A DNA stretch of 64,000 nucleotides from the human T2T-CHM13v2.0 reference genome, Homo sapiens. The translations under genes and the position numbers were made by a program. Shown in pieces: positions 12,632 to 25,452 of the stretch. The stretch lies in NCBI RefSeq assembly GCF_009914755.1, contig NC_060942.1, one strand, 5' to 3'. How positions within the stretch are numbered: the stretch's first letter is position 1; every line of letters starts with the position of its first letter. The notes below the pieces were generated by a model, which saw only the letters and a list, made by a program, of their open reading frames with translations, did no database searches and was not told the origin of the DNA.

Positions 12632-13020
12632 TGTTCGTTCTTTTTGCACTGCTACAAAGGAATACCTGAGGTTGGGTAATTTATAAAGAAAAGAGGTTTA
12701 TTGGGCTCATGGTTCTGCAGGCTGTACAAGAAGTATGGTGCCAGCATCTGTTTCTGGGGAGGCCTCAGGAAGCTTCCACTCATGGCATAAGGCAAAGGGG
12801 AGCCAGTGTGTCACATGGCAGGATGGGGAGCAAGAGGGTGACAGGGAGGTTCCAGTAGCTTTAATAACCAGATATCCTGTGAGCTCATTACTGCAGGGAG
12901 GGCACCAAGCCACGAGGGACCCACTGCATGACCCAGACACCCCCCACTAGGCCCCACTTCCAACACAGAGGATCTCATTTCACATGAGATTTGGAGGAGA
13001 CAGACATCCAGACCATATCA
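12632..13020 (-). mobile_element. MaLR LTR (MST family, MSTB-like)
   Basis: 'aaggaatacctgaggttgggtaatttataaagaaaagaggtttattgggctcatggttctgcaggctgtacaag...catgagatttggagg...ccatatca'. Confidence 0.9.
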
Positions 13021-15639
13021 GTAGTGTGAACAATGTGAGGCACAGTGGGGTGCAGTGACCACCTAGGCCTGCAGCTCCCAGCAGCCAGCCAGGTTGAGCA
13101 TCTGCATCCTTTAAACTGTCCACCAGCCCTTTCCACGACACCGTGCTTCCTACTTGCTGGGGCAGTGCAGACAGATTGCTACTGATGTCATCGAATCCCA
13201 GGGCTGCTGGAAGGCATGCCTGCATGTCACTTCTTTCAAGGCACTTACGTTTTATGCCTCCCGATCTCCTCTGCCTTAGCTGGACCTGGAAGGACAGTGC
13301 ACTATCTCTAGACCTGGGCTTATGCATCTTTGAAAATGCCTTTAAGGTTCCCTTAGCTCCTGAGGGTTCAGCTTCTGCCCAGCCAGTCACGATCCTTCCC
13401 CCTGGCCTCCTCTCTGGTTGCTGGTGCAGTTTGATTGTGCCTTTGATAGATGGCCAGGGCTCACCCTCCTCCCTCCACTTCCTAACGACGGGGAGAGGCT
13501 GACGGCTGAGGTAGTTCCTAGAGGACTGTGACTCTTCACTCTTTCTTCCGTGTTGTATCCCGACTTTAGATGATGCTGTTCTAGACAGTACAGGGAAAGT
13601 GATAGAACCTAGAATCTGTCCGTCTCCCTCTTCATGGGCCACCTGAGTAAGTGGGTGTGCACGGTTCTTTACCGAGCTTCAGTTTGGGATTGCCTAGGGA
13701 TCTCCTTTGCCTGGCTTTATTTCTCTCTTGTTAAGAAAAAGTCAGAGTTTGCCGCCCAAAAAAGTTCCTAGAGTTATTATTGGTTAGGTTGAAATTAACC
13801 AATAATCATTGTATCTGGTTCATTTACTTCCTTTATGATGTTGCTCATTTAAGACTTTACTCATCCTCTGCGTATTTTTAAGGAAGGATCTGAAAAATGA
13901 TAAGAGGTTAGTATTTTGTTATTTTATATTTTTAGTAAATGTGACATTCTAGTTGAGACTAAATATGTACAGACGTGGAACAGAGTTAAAAGTGTTTATG
14001 AGTGGGAAATAGATGGAAATAAATAATAAAGACTTATAGCTTGTGATTTGTTCAGTATCACTTAGCAACATCAATATTTTTGTCTACAAATAAAGGTCTC
14101 CTGTTTGGTACATGTTGAAAATATTTGTACGCTTGCGTGTTTGTGACCTTGTGTACACATCATCTCCAGCAGAAGGATCATTTTGGTTGTGGCTGGGTTT
14201 ACAGTACTTAATTTGGGTGTCTAGACACTGGTTATAGTGACAGAAAAACGTCTGAAGATGTGAGACGAGATTTTGAAGAATGGTGTTCTTAAAATATGTC
14301 TGTAAACCGCCTCTTAACACAGAAATAAATTAAATTACAGAGTTAGAAAAATCCTAAATTAAAAGGATGTGTTTCTTCTAAGATAATTATTTGCGTGATT
14401 TGAAATCACTTTTTCCTTATCAGAAGGTGAAACATGATGTTCCCTGAGCTGTGCCGAGAACAGGGAGTGATTCCCATTAATAGCTGTGGAACTTAATTAA
14501 TCTTTAGTTTTCTGACACCTTTATTTTCTAGTTCTTTCCTGATGCGGGCTTCCTGGCTAACCTCCATTTCTACTGCTGATAACCGCGTCTGTCCTTCGCA
14601 TGGAAACATTCGCCTTGCCCTGGCACCCTATGTTGTGCTGTGTGTTTTCTACATGTTCCCCCCTTTACTGTTCATACATGAAGCAATCTGGATTGGCCTT
14701 GCGAGCGTGTCTATGACCTAGGAGAGTAATGTCAACCAACTGCCCCTTTTGTCAGGTGGAACCGATTTCCCTGAAATTCTCATCTGTGCAGTTAATTAGT
14801 GAGTGACCTCCCCATCCAAGGCTCTCTGAGTGTCTCTGTGTAGCCCATTTTTAACTCTCAGTATGTTTTATTTCTTCTAATTATTCTAGTCACATAGCAT
14901 TTAATCACATGATCCCACTTTTGTCTGCTTTGTGTTTGAATAGATAATGGAATGATCGTACTTTCTCTGCTTCCCTGGTTCCTGATACACAGTAGGCACT
15001 CTGCAAATAGTTATTGAGCCAACAGATCAAGGAATACTTCATAAGAAGTACAAGCATTAAAAATGTTTTTATATTCACCTTGTTTGCTAAAGTTCAGTTG
15101 TTTCAACTAAAAATATAATTTTCAATATAAAAATATTTTAAGTTATGGCCAAAGTCCAAAGTTAGCCCATAGCAATGTATGAAACTCAGAAGGTAAATGA
15201 CTAGTTGTTTTTACGTGTTTTTCTAGGTGTCAAGGGAGTCAAATGAAACAAACTAGTTGTATATTTTGGTAGTGCTATTTTAAGCATTTACCTTAAAATG
15301 TAGCTTTAAATGGAGCCTTTTCTGTTAATATTTTTTTTCACCTTTATGTAGTCAGGTCTCATGTGTAAGGGTTGTGTGTTGCATGTGTAGACGGCATCAG
15401 CATCTACCCCTGGCTCTCCGTATGAATACCTACACACCTAAGACTCGGGGTCCAAAGACATTCTCAAACAGATCTTCACAATTTTTTGCTACAATAACCT
15501 ATTGCCCTTTAATAATATTTTATTTAGGGAATACTAATATTCAGGAACATTATAGCAGAAATTATTTTAATACCTTTGACCATTAAAAATAAGATTTTAG
15601 TGATATTTCCACTCTCACGTTTTCAAATGGTAATCTGTA

Positions 15640-16130
15640 ATTTATGTAGACACTCTGCCCTCAAAGAGGGAGCCTAACCCTGGCTCCTGACATGCGGACT
15701 GTGCATTGTGACGCCCTTCCACATGTACAGCATGAAAGGAGGAAAGAGCAGCTGTATGGTAGAGAAACCTGACAAACACTCCAGGTGATCACGCCAACAC
15801 TGACGTTGGCGTTACAGTGCTATAATGTGCCGGAAGTGACACTCTACCCTGTGGCCCTCCTCTCCCAAACCCTTAAAGTTAGTCTAATCATGAGCGAAAA
15901 CAGCAGACAAATCCCAGTCAAGGAGAATTCTGCAAAATACCTGATTGTTATTCCTCAAACTTGTCAAGATCATCAAAAACAGAGTCAAAGACACTGTCAC
16001 AGCCAAGAGGAGCCTAAGGAGACACAGTGACTAAAGGTGATGAGACATCCTGGGTGGGATCCTGGGACGGAAAAGGGACATTAGGTGAAAACGCAGAAAA
16101 TAGAAATAAACTATAGACTTTAGTTAACTT
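15640..16130 (+). mobile_element. L1MC-type 3' fragment
   Basis: 'agagaaacctgacaaacactccaggtgatc', 'agccaagaggagcctaaggagac', 'gggatcctgggacggaaaagggacattaggtgaaaac'. Confidence 0.75.
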
Positions 16131-17199
16131 TTTAAAAAGATAATCAGCAAGAGGAAAGAATGTCATTCAGTGGAACCATTTAACCTCAGCACTATCTTTC
16201 TGCAGTAGTTGGGGATACATTTTAAGTCTGATTGCAAATAACACAGAAGTAAAATGAGTCACAGCCTACCTTCTCCCTCCTTCCCCTCATCTCTTACTCT
16301 TCTTTTTCTCTTTGTAGAAATGATTCAGCTGCTTTACTTTTGATTAAAGAGCTTAGGTTCTCTTACCTATGGAATTCAATATTAGATAAATTGTTGATTT
16401 TCAGATCACTGTTTTCATTTAAAATGGGCTAGAAAATGCAAACTATAAGTGTCTATTATTTGTTATTTAGCCCTATAAGGCATATAGCAGTTGCTACCCT
16501 AGGGTGCAAAGCAATGTGATCAGTTGGTTTTTGAGTTGAAAAATTACATGGTCTATCTCATTAAGTAAAGCCAGGTGTGTCTCAGAGAAACTCACTGTAA
16601 TTAGTCAAAGACACAGAACTGCAGATGGAAAGAAGTTTATAAAGTATATAATAATTAAGGTATAGATGAGGAATAATTGGGACTTCTTGGATTATTACTT
16701 AGAGCTTGTTTGGGAGTTGTATTATTTTCTAAGAAGGTGGGAAAGCAGTTTTTGTGTGTGAATTATTCTTACCTTATTTTTAATAGCTTCATTGGTGTCT
16801 TCCTTGCAGCTTATTATAGAGAGAATGTGAATCTGTGGTAAGCATTAGATTTATTCTCCATCTAGCATGACCCAGATGGTAGTTTTGGAATGCATTCCTG
16901 CCCAAACTACTCGGAGTCACTGAGATTTATGATTTGTGAACTCATAAATTGGATAAATAAAACTCATCTTCTACAGCTTCAGTGTATGTTATTTTCTAGA
17001 GTTCATCGTGTCTGGAAACTTGATTTCAGTTAAGCTATGTATTAAGTACTTGGAATTTCTGAGTCTATTGCATTGTTGTTTCTAGGAGAGTGGGGAACTT
17101 TTTTTGGTGAACAGAGCTTACCTTCTTGTGACTGGTCATTGTCATTTCTACATGTTATCAGGAGGCCCTAGGGCCTTGCTGGAACAAGTACTTCTGAGT

Positions 17200-17600
17200 T
17201 GACAGAAATTGGATTGCTATAAACTCTGCTTTCAAGAGCCTTACCATCCAGTGAAGACACATGATTACCTGCAGTATATCTAAGTCTCTTTAATTGTGTG
17301 AAATTCATGGGTGAGGTTTAAGGTGGGTGCACTGGGAGAGTGAGGCTTGGTGCTTGGCTATGCCCGAATCCAGAGAGGCTTTTATAAAGAAAAATCATGA
17401 GCCCAGATCAAATAACCACATAGACCAAGGAGAGAGAAATAACTTCTGCCTTAGAGAACAAGGAAAGCTTCACAGAACAGGGAGTACTTAAGCCTGGTCT
17501 TTTGAGGATGATGTATTTGAGGGAAAGGGAGTGTCCATGGGTAAACAAAGACTTGCTAATGGGATACACGGGAATATGTTTGGAAAAGGCCATGATGGGG
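17200..17600 (-). mobile_element. L2 fragment
   Basis: 'ctctgctttcaagagccttaccatccagtgaagac' and 'ggaaagcttcacagaacagggagtacttaagcctggtcttttgaggatg'. Confidence 0.5.
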
Positions 17601-17609
17601 GGTGGTTGT

Positions 17610-17745
17610 CACTGGTTGTCCTTGTCCTTGTGCATCATATCAAGGGTATGTAGTTTCAACGTGATTTATAACTGCTGATGGTGACCTTGATCACCTGACT
17701 GAGGTGTATTAGGTTTCCTCACTGTCAAGTTGCTCTTTTCCCCCG
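17610..17745 (-). mobile_element. L1MC-type fragment
   Basis: 'gatggtgaccttgatcacctgactgaggtgtattaggtttcctcactgt' is the reverse complement of the same L1MC segment seen near 15760-15790. Confidence 0.65.
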
Positions 17746-17880
17746 TCTAAAGAGAACCACCCTTTAAAGGGTGATTAATGCTTTATAAAGGGTGATTAAT
17801 AGATATTAGCAATGCATGGTGATGAAAACCAAGCTTGGACGTTACAGCACTTTCATCTGGCTTAAGGAGATAATAAGCAC

Positions 17881-18180
17881 GGCCAGGCTCAGTGGCACAC
17901 ACCTGTAATCCCAACACTTTGGGATGCCAAGGCAGGAGGATCACTTGAGCCCAGGAGTTTGAGACCAGCCTAGCCAACACCGCAGACCCTATCTTTACAA
18001 AATTAAAAAAAAAAAATTAGTCAGGCATCATGGCACATGCCCATAGTCCTAGCTGCCCAGGAGGCTGAGCCAGGAGGATCACTTGAGCCCAGGAGTTCAA
18101 GCTTACAGTGAGCTATGATCACAACACTGTGCTCCAGCCTGGGTGACAGAGTGAGATCCTGTCTCAAAAGAAAATAATAA
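17881..18180 (+). mobile_element. Alu (AluJ-like)
   Basis: 'ggccaggctcagtggcacacacctgtaatccc...ggaggatcacttgagcccaggagttc' with A-rich linker and tail. Confidence 0.95.
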
Positions 18181-18233
18181 GCAAAAAACTAGACTTTGTC
18201 TTCACTTTGAACATGATCCTAACCTAAACTTGA

Positions 18234-18570
<337 letters not shown>

Positions 18571-20382
18571 TAGACAAAGCTTTTTATAGGGAGACGAGAA
18601 ATTGTTAAGAAGTGAGCTAAGAATTGTAAAACACTTAGTATGTGGCATTGTAATATATGTGTTATTGTCTGTTGTTACCATCATGATCATCACCATCATC
18701 ACGTGCATTGAGTAGCTGAAGAACCTCGATACCAGACACCAGTATGTCCAAATTCTTGATGCCCAATCTCATTATTTTCACTTTGAATTTGAATTAGAAG
18801 TAAGTTGTTAAACAGGAACAAAATCTAATCATTTTTTCAAGGTACAAAAAAATTCCACATATTGAAATATAATGAATGGTTTTGCAAACTTTGATTGGCA
18901 CTTTAAAAGGTGTTGGAGTAGGGCGCTCTGGGAAACTGCCTATTGATTGCACTGTTGTCAGTTTCTAAGCAACCATTGCCAAATTTATCTTCATGTCACA
19001 CAACTTGTGTGTTTATCCAAGCTGGTTGAAATTCTTACCCTTGTGCAAAAATAGACCAGGGTGAATATTGAGTGGGACTGTATCGGAGGAGTGGGCTGCA
19101 TTCCTCCATAGTTCCCAGTAGGTGTCACTCTGGCAGAAGAAAACAAGACATGATGGGTTCTGAAGACACATCCCTGGGGATCCGCCCAGGCCACAGGGGC
19201 ATGCAGAAGCACCACTTGCCTACCTCAGTTCCCCTATTCGTACCCGACTTCTCTGGCCAGCAGGGGCAGGTTGCCCAGGCCACGTGGTGAAGAGCATTCC
19301 TGGAAAACATTGTTCTAGACCCACCTGGCTACAGACATCCCAGCTTACTCATAAAGCATTAAAGCAGTAATAGAGGAAGAGCTATATCTATGTAGCTGTA
19401 ACCCGAAGAATTGGCAGCACTTGCTGGGATATGGGTAGCAAATTTTTATTCCTAGTAGGATCGGCACATGTATGGCTCAGTCGTAAATGTTTATCAGCTA
19501 GCTGAACGAGTCCCACGAGGACTTCATGTGTTTCTGGGTAATCTTCCATAGGAGTTACTGTTTACTCAGAAATGCAAAATAATTTTGCTATTAGCCAGTG
19601 TAACTAAGAAAAATTTTAAAAAGTATGAAAAATATAAAACAGTAAGAAAAATATAAAATATGAACACCCAAAGAGAACCTCTGCCACCATTGCTTTCTGT
19701 TAATAGGTGATCAACAGTAAGCATTACATAACCTTGAATTCTCCCACCCAGCCCTCCCCCTGCCCCTCTACAAGAGCAAGTCATCAGGGGGCCACCCTGT
19801 GCACTAGGGCAATCACAGAAGTGGGAAGCACACCAGCTCCCCAGCTAATGCGACTCGCAGGCACTGAAGTACTGTTACTGTCACTAGACGTGCCACCGGC
19901 AGCACCCCAGAATGTAGTACCCCACTGGCTGCAAGACCAGCATTAGATAAAAGTAAGCAGGGAGTCTCGATGGATCACCACTGATCTTTGGTATCTGTAA
20001 AGGTGTCACTGTCTCTTTAAGGAAAGAGGGAGTCCCTACTTTCATTTTTCCTCAATAAATAATTTTTGACTGATTAGTGACAAAGGGACACTTTAGTGGG
20101 TGATCAGCACAGCATCTGCATGGCTGCTTCCTTGTGGGGTTTCTGAAGCTGCTTCTGTGACTCAGCCCCTCACCAACAAACAAACAAATGAGATAAATCC
20201 CAGAGACCTGGAAGAGGGAACCTGCCTTGAAATGGCATTCATGGAAAAGGTCTGGACACTTCAGCCAAGTTATTTGTATAATTTGTTAGTTACATATAAG
20301 GCCCAATATGCTAAAAAAATGCAACAGGATTATTAGTCTCTATTTGTCTAGAATTGAAATTTCTAAGTAGGTGTGTGAATTT

Positions 20383-20540
20383 ATATGGGTATGTATCATA
20401 TATATGTGTATGTATGTACATATACACATGTACACATATATATGACAAATAGCTTACATGTATATATACATATAGAAATGCAAGTATATCTGTGTACATA
20501 TGTATGTATGTACATTTTATATATGTATATATATACATGT
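20383..20540. repeat. (TA/CA/TG)n low-complexity purine-pyrimidine tract
   Basis: 'tatatgtgtatgtatgtacatatacacatgtacacatatatatg...'. Confidence 0.9.
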
Positions 20541-22929
20541 AAGCTATTTGTTATTTCTTCTGTCTAGAGACCAACATCACACTCCCTGAGAGTCAGAAAA
20601 CTGGGTTCAGACAGCAGCTCTGCAAATGACTTTTCCAGGACATTCGCTAAATCACTGCCCCTCTCCTGGACTCAGTTGCCCATGGAGGAGTTGGCGGGAG
20701 ATCTCTGATGCCTCTTCCAGTTCAAAGACAGCACAGCTGGTACACAGCCTCTGCTTGTATCCAGACAGCACTTTGCTGCCCCTGACCAAGAAGTGCCTAT
20801 CTTCAAACCAAGATGTTGGTCTGCCGTTGCATAATCAACAGGGTTGGGCGTTACTACCTAGCAACAAGGAGTCCCTAATCCAGGGCCTTTGCTCTGATAG
20901 CTTTTGAGTATTATATGGGTACTTTTTAGCTTTTGGATTAATTGGTAGCAGAAAAAGTGGAACTCTAGTTCCTGTCATGCTTTTATTTTTTTCTTTTTTT
21001 GATTTACATTGTTCAGAGCAAATATAGAAACCATGGAATTATTTTCAGGGAATTGAAGCCCTAGAGGGTGTCCCCCTGCTTTTGGGTCTGTTGGCCTGAG
21101 CCAACCCCATCCTCAAAACACCCCAGGTGAGACTGCTGAAGGACGAATGTGCACAGCCCATGTCACAAGGAGTCTGTCCGGCTGCTCACCTTTTCTCTGA
21201 CTTCTGAGCAGGTGTTTGGAAGCTGTAGGTAATGGCCCAATCTCAGAGCCCAAGGGGATTCGGGTCTTTCCCCTGCAGACTGTGCTGCTGTCCTTGGTTG
21301 GTCCTTGAAGGGACCTGCATCGTACCTGAGGCTCTGTGCCAGTGGGGATGACGGGGGCTGATGTCTCTTCCCATGGGCTCCTATGGATTTGCCCTTCAGA
21401 TGACCTGGTAGGGCTCTGAGTGACTGACTTAAAGACCTTCATAACGCCAAAGTGGCAAGATTTTGGAGACAGATTTGTGTCTCCTCATCCATGATTTTTG
21501 ACTTTAATCTTTTCTGAGAAGACCAGAAATCAGAGAGTTTGTCTTCTCAGCCTCTCTGTGAAAGGATCTGCTGAGCTCAAGCTTCCCTTTTCAGCGTCAG
21601 CTTTTTAAGTTGAGAATAATAATTAAAGAAAACTCCAATCTCAATTCCAACATCAAGTGTCCATGAAGCTGTAGTTGTTGCTGTGGCTGAGAAGAAAGTA
21701 GAGAACAGAGTGCAGACCTGCGGTTGAAATGACTCTTGGAAGGGCTTGCAGGTGACCTGGGAGCTAGCAGGTGCCTAACACTGTGGCTCTCTTGGCACAA
21801 AACAACTTCAAGCCTGTGTGAAATAAAGGAAAACCAGGAGCCTCGTTCTGATTTTTATGGAGACACATCTGTGTGACCTTAGGAAGGTCTCCCAAGAGCT
21901 CTGGGTTTGTTTCTTCCCCTGTGAATTGGCTTATGATTGTGTCACTTGGCCTTACAGGTATGTAAAGCTCCCCAGTTACCAGATCTTACTGTCTCAGGGA
22001 ACATCCTGCAGATATTCAGGGCCCACACTGGAGCTATTCTTCAGGTTCCACGTTTGAAAGGTTGAAAGGCGTTAAGAGCGTGACATGAAATGAGTGGGTG
22101 AATTTATTTTTAGGAAACAATATATAGGTAATTAGTTTTGGAAATGGGCTTCCGTTAACTTATCACCCCTTACTCTTTTCTGGGGCATCATCCAGTTATT
22201 TTTCCTCAGTCATAGAATTTGGGGCTTTTGAAAATGTCTCTTCGAGAAATAGACACACACCTTGCAACTCCTTAAGATCTTGCCCTTGTAATTAAATTTT
22301 TGAGCACCATTTTTATATAGGAGTAAATGAGATAATTAAGAGATATTTCAAGAAAGAGAAGTATATGAGAAAATAAATGGTTTCTGCTGCGTGATTAAAC
22401 ACTGCAGCTGAGACCTTGATGAGCAGTCATTTGTTGGAAGTGTACTTCATCATCGGGAGTGGTGTCCTGATTATCGTTCAAGAAACATGTTGGGAGAAGG
22501 CAAAGACGGACGTGATGACACCTGTGCAAAGACGGACGTGATGACATGTATGCCGAAGCGTGTCTTGACTCAGTGTAGGATTGATACCAACATCTCTTGG
22601 ATGTTGTGGGATATGGAGCATTAAAATATACAATAATTTATGCTAGTGGTGCAGTGTAATGAGGACTTGCTGTGAATCTCAAATCGATTTCGGAGAAGCT
22701 GAACCTAATGTTTTCCTGATTGTCAAACCCTCCAGTAATGATTATAAATAACCACTGTTTTCTTTATATTAGAGAAAACCTAAAAGAAAAACCAAACATG
22801 TTCAACAATGAGCAACAGTACAAAAGAAAAAGTACAAAGTCTAGCATATCCAATAACAATTATTAGCTAATTAATTTTACTTGACCACCTGGTGTTGGAG
22901 GCATCCCTCTCCTCTCTGGCATGGTAGAG

Positions 22930-23110
22930 TGAGAACTTCCTGGTCCTATAGATCCAGGCCCAAATCGTGGTCCTGACTCAGTGTTTTTAAGATAATGTGT
23001 CCTTGGACAAGTTGCTTGATGTCTCTGAGTTTCCATTTCCTCATCTGTGAAAGGTGATCATCACACCTGCTTTTATAGGTAGATGTGGCTTGCTGTGAGG
23101 GTAAATGACA
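22930..23110 (+). mobile_element. MIR SINE
   Basis: 'tgtgtccttggacaagttgcttgatgtctctgagtttccatttcctcatctgtgaaagg'. Confidence 0.8.
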
Positions 23111-23304
23111 GTGCAGCTGTGTTTGGTAGAGGGACTGTCATGGAATCACCATCCTTGATCCCGGTGACCCAGACTGGCCACCTTGAGGCTTTGAAACTCT
23201 CAGCCAGCTCTGCCAACCTACATCAGTGAGACCTCAGCCTGCCTCGTTTCTCCACTCCCTTAACTAGGTCCATTACTTTGAAATTTGTTATCAATGAATT
23301 TGTT

Positions 23305-23600
23305 TACATTTTTTAAATTTTAATATATTTAATTGACAAAGATTGTCTCTATCCTGTGTATACAATGTGATTATTTGATACATGTATATACATTGTGGAC
23401 TGATGATGACAGTCAGGCTCACATGTTCACCACCCACGCGGTCCGTCAGAGCCTCAGAACTTGTTCATCTTATAACTGAAAGTTCGTACCCTTTGACTAA
23501 CATCTCCCCATCGTCCCTAATGGCCCAGCCCCTGGAAACCCCCATTCTACCCTCTGCTTCCGTGAGTTCCACTTTTTTAGATGCAACATGTGAGATTTAA
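23305..23600 (-). mobile_element. L1MA-type 3' end fragment
   Basis: 'tttaattgacaaagattg...gaacttgttcatcttataactgaaagt...accattctaccctctgcttc-like...tttttagat'. Confidence 0.85.
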
Positions 23601-24764
23601 AAAAATATCCAGTGAAGGCTGTCGATGGGACATTGATGAACCTGGGGGCTATGTGAGCTCTGGGCTGGCGCCTACACCTCCCACCCAAGGAATCTCTGCT
23701 TCCCGGGCTGTGCCCTCCTGTGTGATCTGAAGTAGGGAAGTGGTATACTAACTTTTGGAAACATTCAGCTGCCAAGTTTCCTCTGCTGCAGGCTTTAAAT
23801 AGATCCAACTGAGAAAGGAAGGTAGAGCTTGAACCAACTGCCACCCTCTATATAGAGACGGTTGTCGCCTGGTCTAGTGTAACAAATAGAGTTCTTTGTT
23901 AGAAGAGGAAAGAAACTTAACCCCTCATTTCCCATTTCTGATGATTTAGGGACAGACCTGATGGTTTACCAAAGATACACCTGAAGCTTTACTATTTCTT
24001 GTCACTCTATATTTTTTAGTAAAACTTATTTTTATCTTTGGAGATGACAGGCATCTTTGTTTTAGGGATAACTAATGATGCCTGTAGAGAACATGAGCAT
24101 GTTCACAACCCCCAATTAATCTTTAACCCAGAATCCATAGAGCGTTTTTTAGGCTGACAGTTAGACCCAGTTTAATTGTGGATGGATGGTAGGATTCCAG
24201 ACACTTCAGATGAAAATCCATCCAGCCATGCCTGTGGATGCCCCTTGGAAGGAGGTTGGAGCTTGGGCCACTGAGAAGGTGGATATTGCATGTCCTGACT
24301 CCCCAGATCTGTTTACACAACAGCGATTTTCCGGATAGAGTAGCACAAGGAAGGAAGTGAAAGGGGGATAGTCTTCATTTGCGGAGGGTGAGTCTAGGGA
24401 GCAGAATGGACATGTTCTGCAGCTTTGCCATGTGACTCCTTTCAGCACAACAGAAAACATACAGGGCACAGAGCTTCCTTACTGAATGCCTCAATGGTCA
24501 CGACATTAGTGCGTCAGCAGGACTGGAGGATGGCAGCTAGGAGTGCTGATAAACGGGAGACTCCGTCCTTCTCATACATCAATAAACACTTAAGTGCCTG
24601 GCAAATGCCTGGCCCCACGGGAGATGTAGAAGCCACAAGACCGACCCCTGTTCTCAAGGATCTTTAAACAGATGGCCTCTAAAGGCCCCTCAGTGATTCT
24701 TGAGCTATGGTTTAAACCCCCACAGCTAGGTTAGAGCTGGGCCATTTTCTTTTTAAAAAATTAT

Positions 24765-25055
24765 TTTTATTTTGCTATTATTTACATTTTTTAAGAGAGT
24801 CTCTCTCTCTCTCTCACCTAAACTGGAGTGTGATGGTGTAATTATAGCTCACTGCAGCCTCAACCTCCTGAGCTCAAGTGGTCCTCCCAACCCAGCCTCC
24901 CAAAGAGCTGGGACCACAGGTATGCACCACCACACCTGGATAATTGTGGTTTTTTTGTAAAGATGGGGGTCTCACTTTGTTGCCCAGGCTAGTCTTGAAC
25001 TCCTGGCCTCCCAAATTGTTGGTATTATAGGCGTGAGTTGACAGGCTCCGGCATA
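24765..25055 (-). mobile_element. Alu (AluJ-like, internally deleted)
   Basis: 'atagctcactgcagcctcaacctcctgagctcaagtg...ctcactttgttgcccaggctagtcttgaactcctggcctccc'. Confidence 0.9.
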
Positions 25056-25452
25056 GGCCATTTTCAAACTCCCAGATTCTCTCCCTTTTGATGCTTTTTG
25101 CTGATAATTATAGAAATTTTACTTTCCTTTTTCCCTCCTAAATGGAGCAGTATTCTGGTTTGGAGGATGGCTGCTATTCAAGTAGTCCTTGTCAGAAGCA
25201 AGCCTATGTTGTTGTATCTAAAGGTAAATTGCACATCTCTGGCAATTTTCCTTGCCAACGCGTATACTGAAGCCATCCCCCAGCGCTCGCCTTTGCCAGG
25301 TGGCCAGGCCTCAGGGTGGGGCTTGCTTGTCTTTCCCCTCTGCTAAGACCTGCATACTTAGTGCTCTGAGAACCTTTCCTCGCCTCACCTGCTCTCCTTG
25401 GTTTTTCTGTTTTTGAGAATGGAAAAAGTTCATTTTTGTGTTCCCATTTTCT

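Noticed and set aside
12980-13642. 220-aa - strand ORF, the longest in the window
   Set aside because: Non-ATG start, ends inside an MST LTR, no recognisable homology
17115-17215. - strand exon-like pair (AAG|GTAAGC donor with a modest acceptor)
   Set aside because: Stops in all three frames, adjacent to an L2 relic, and no partner exons found on -
15760-17725. Homologous L1MC segments in opposite orientation around the 28-nt exon candidate
   Set aside because: Too short and diverged to pair stably; probably independent fragments
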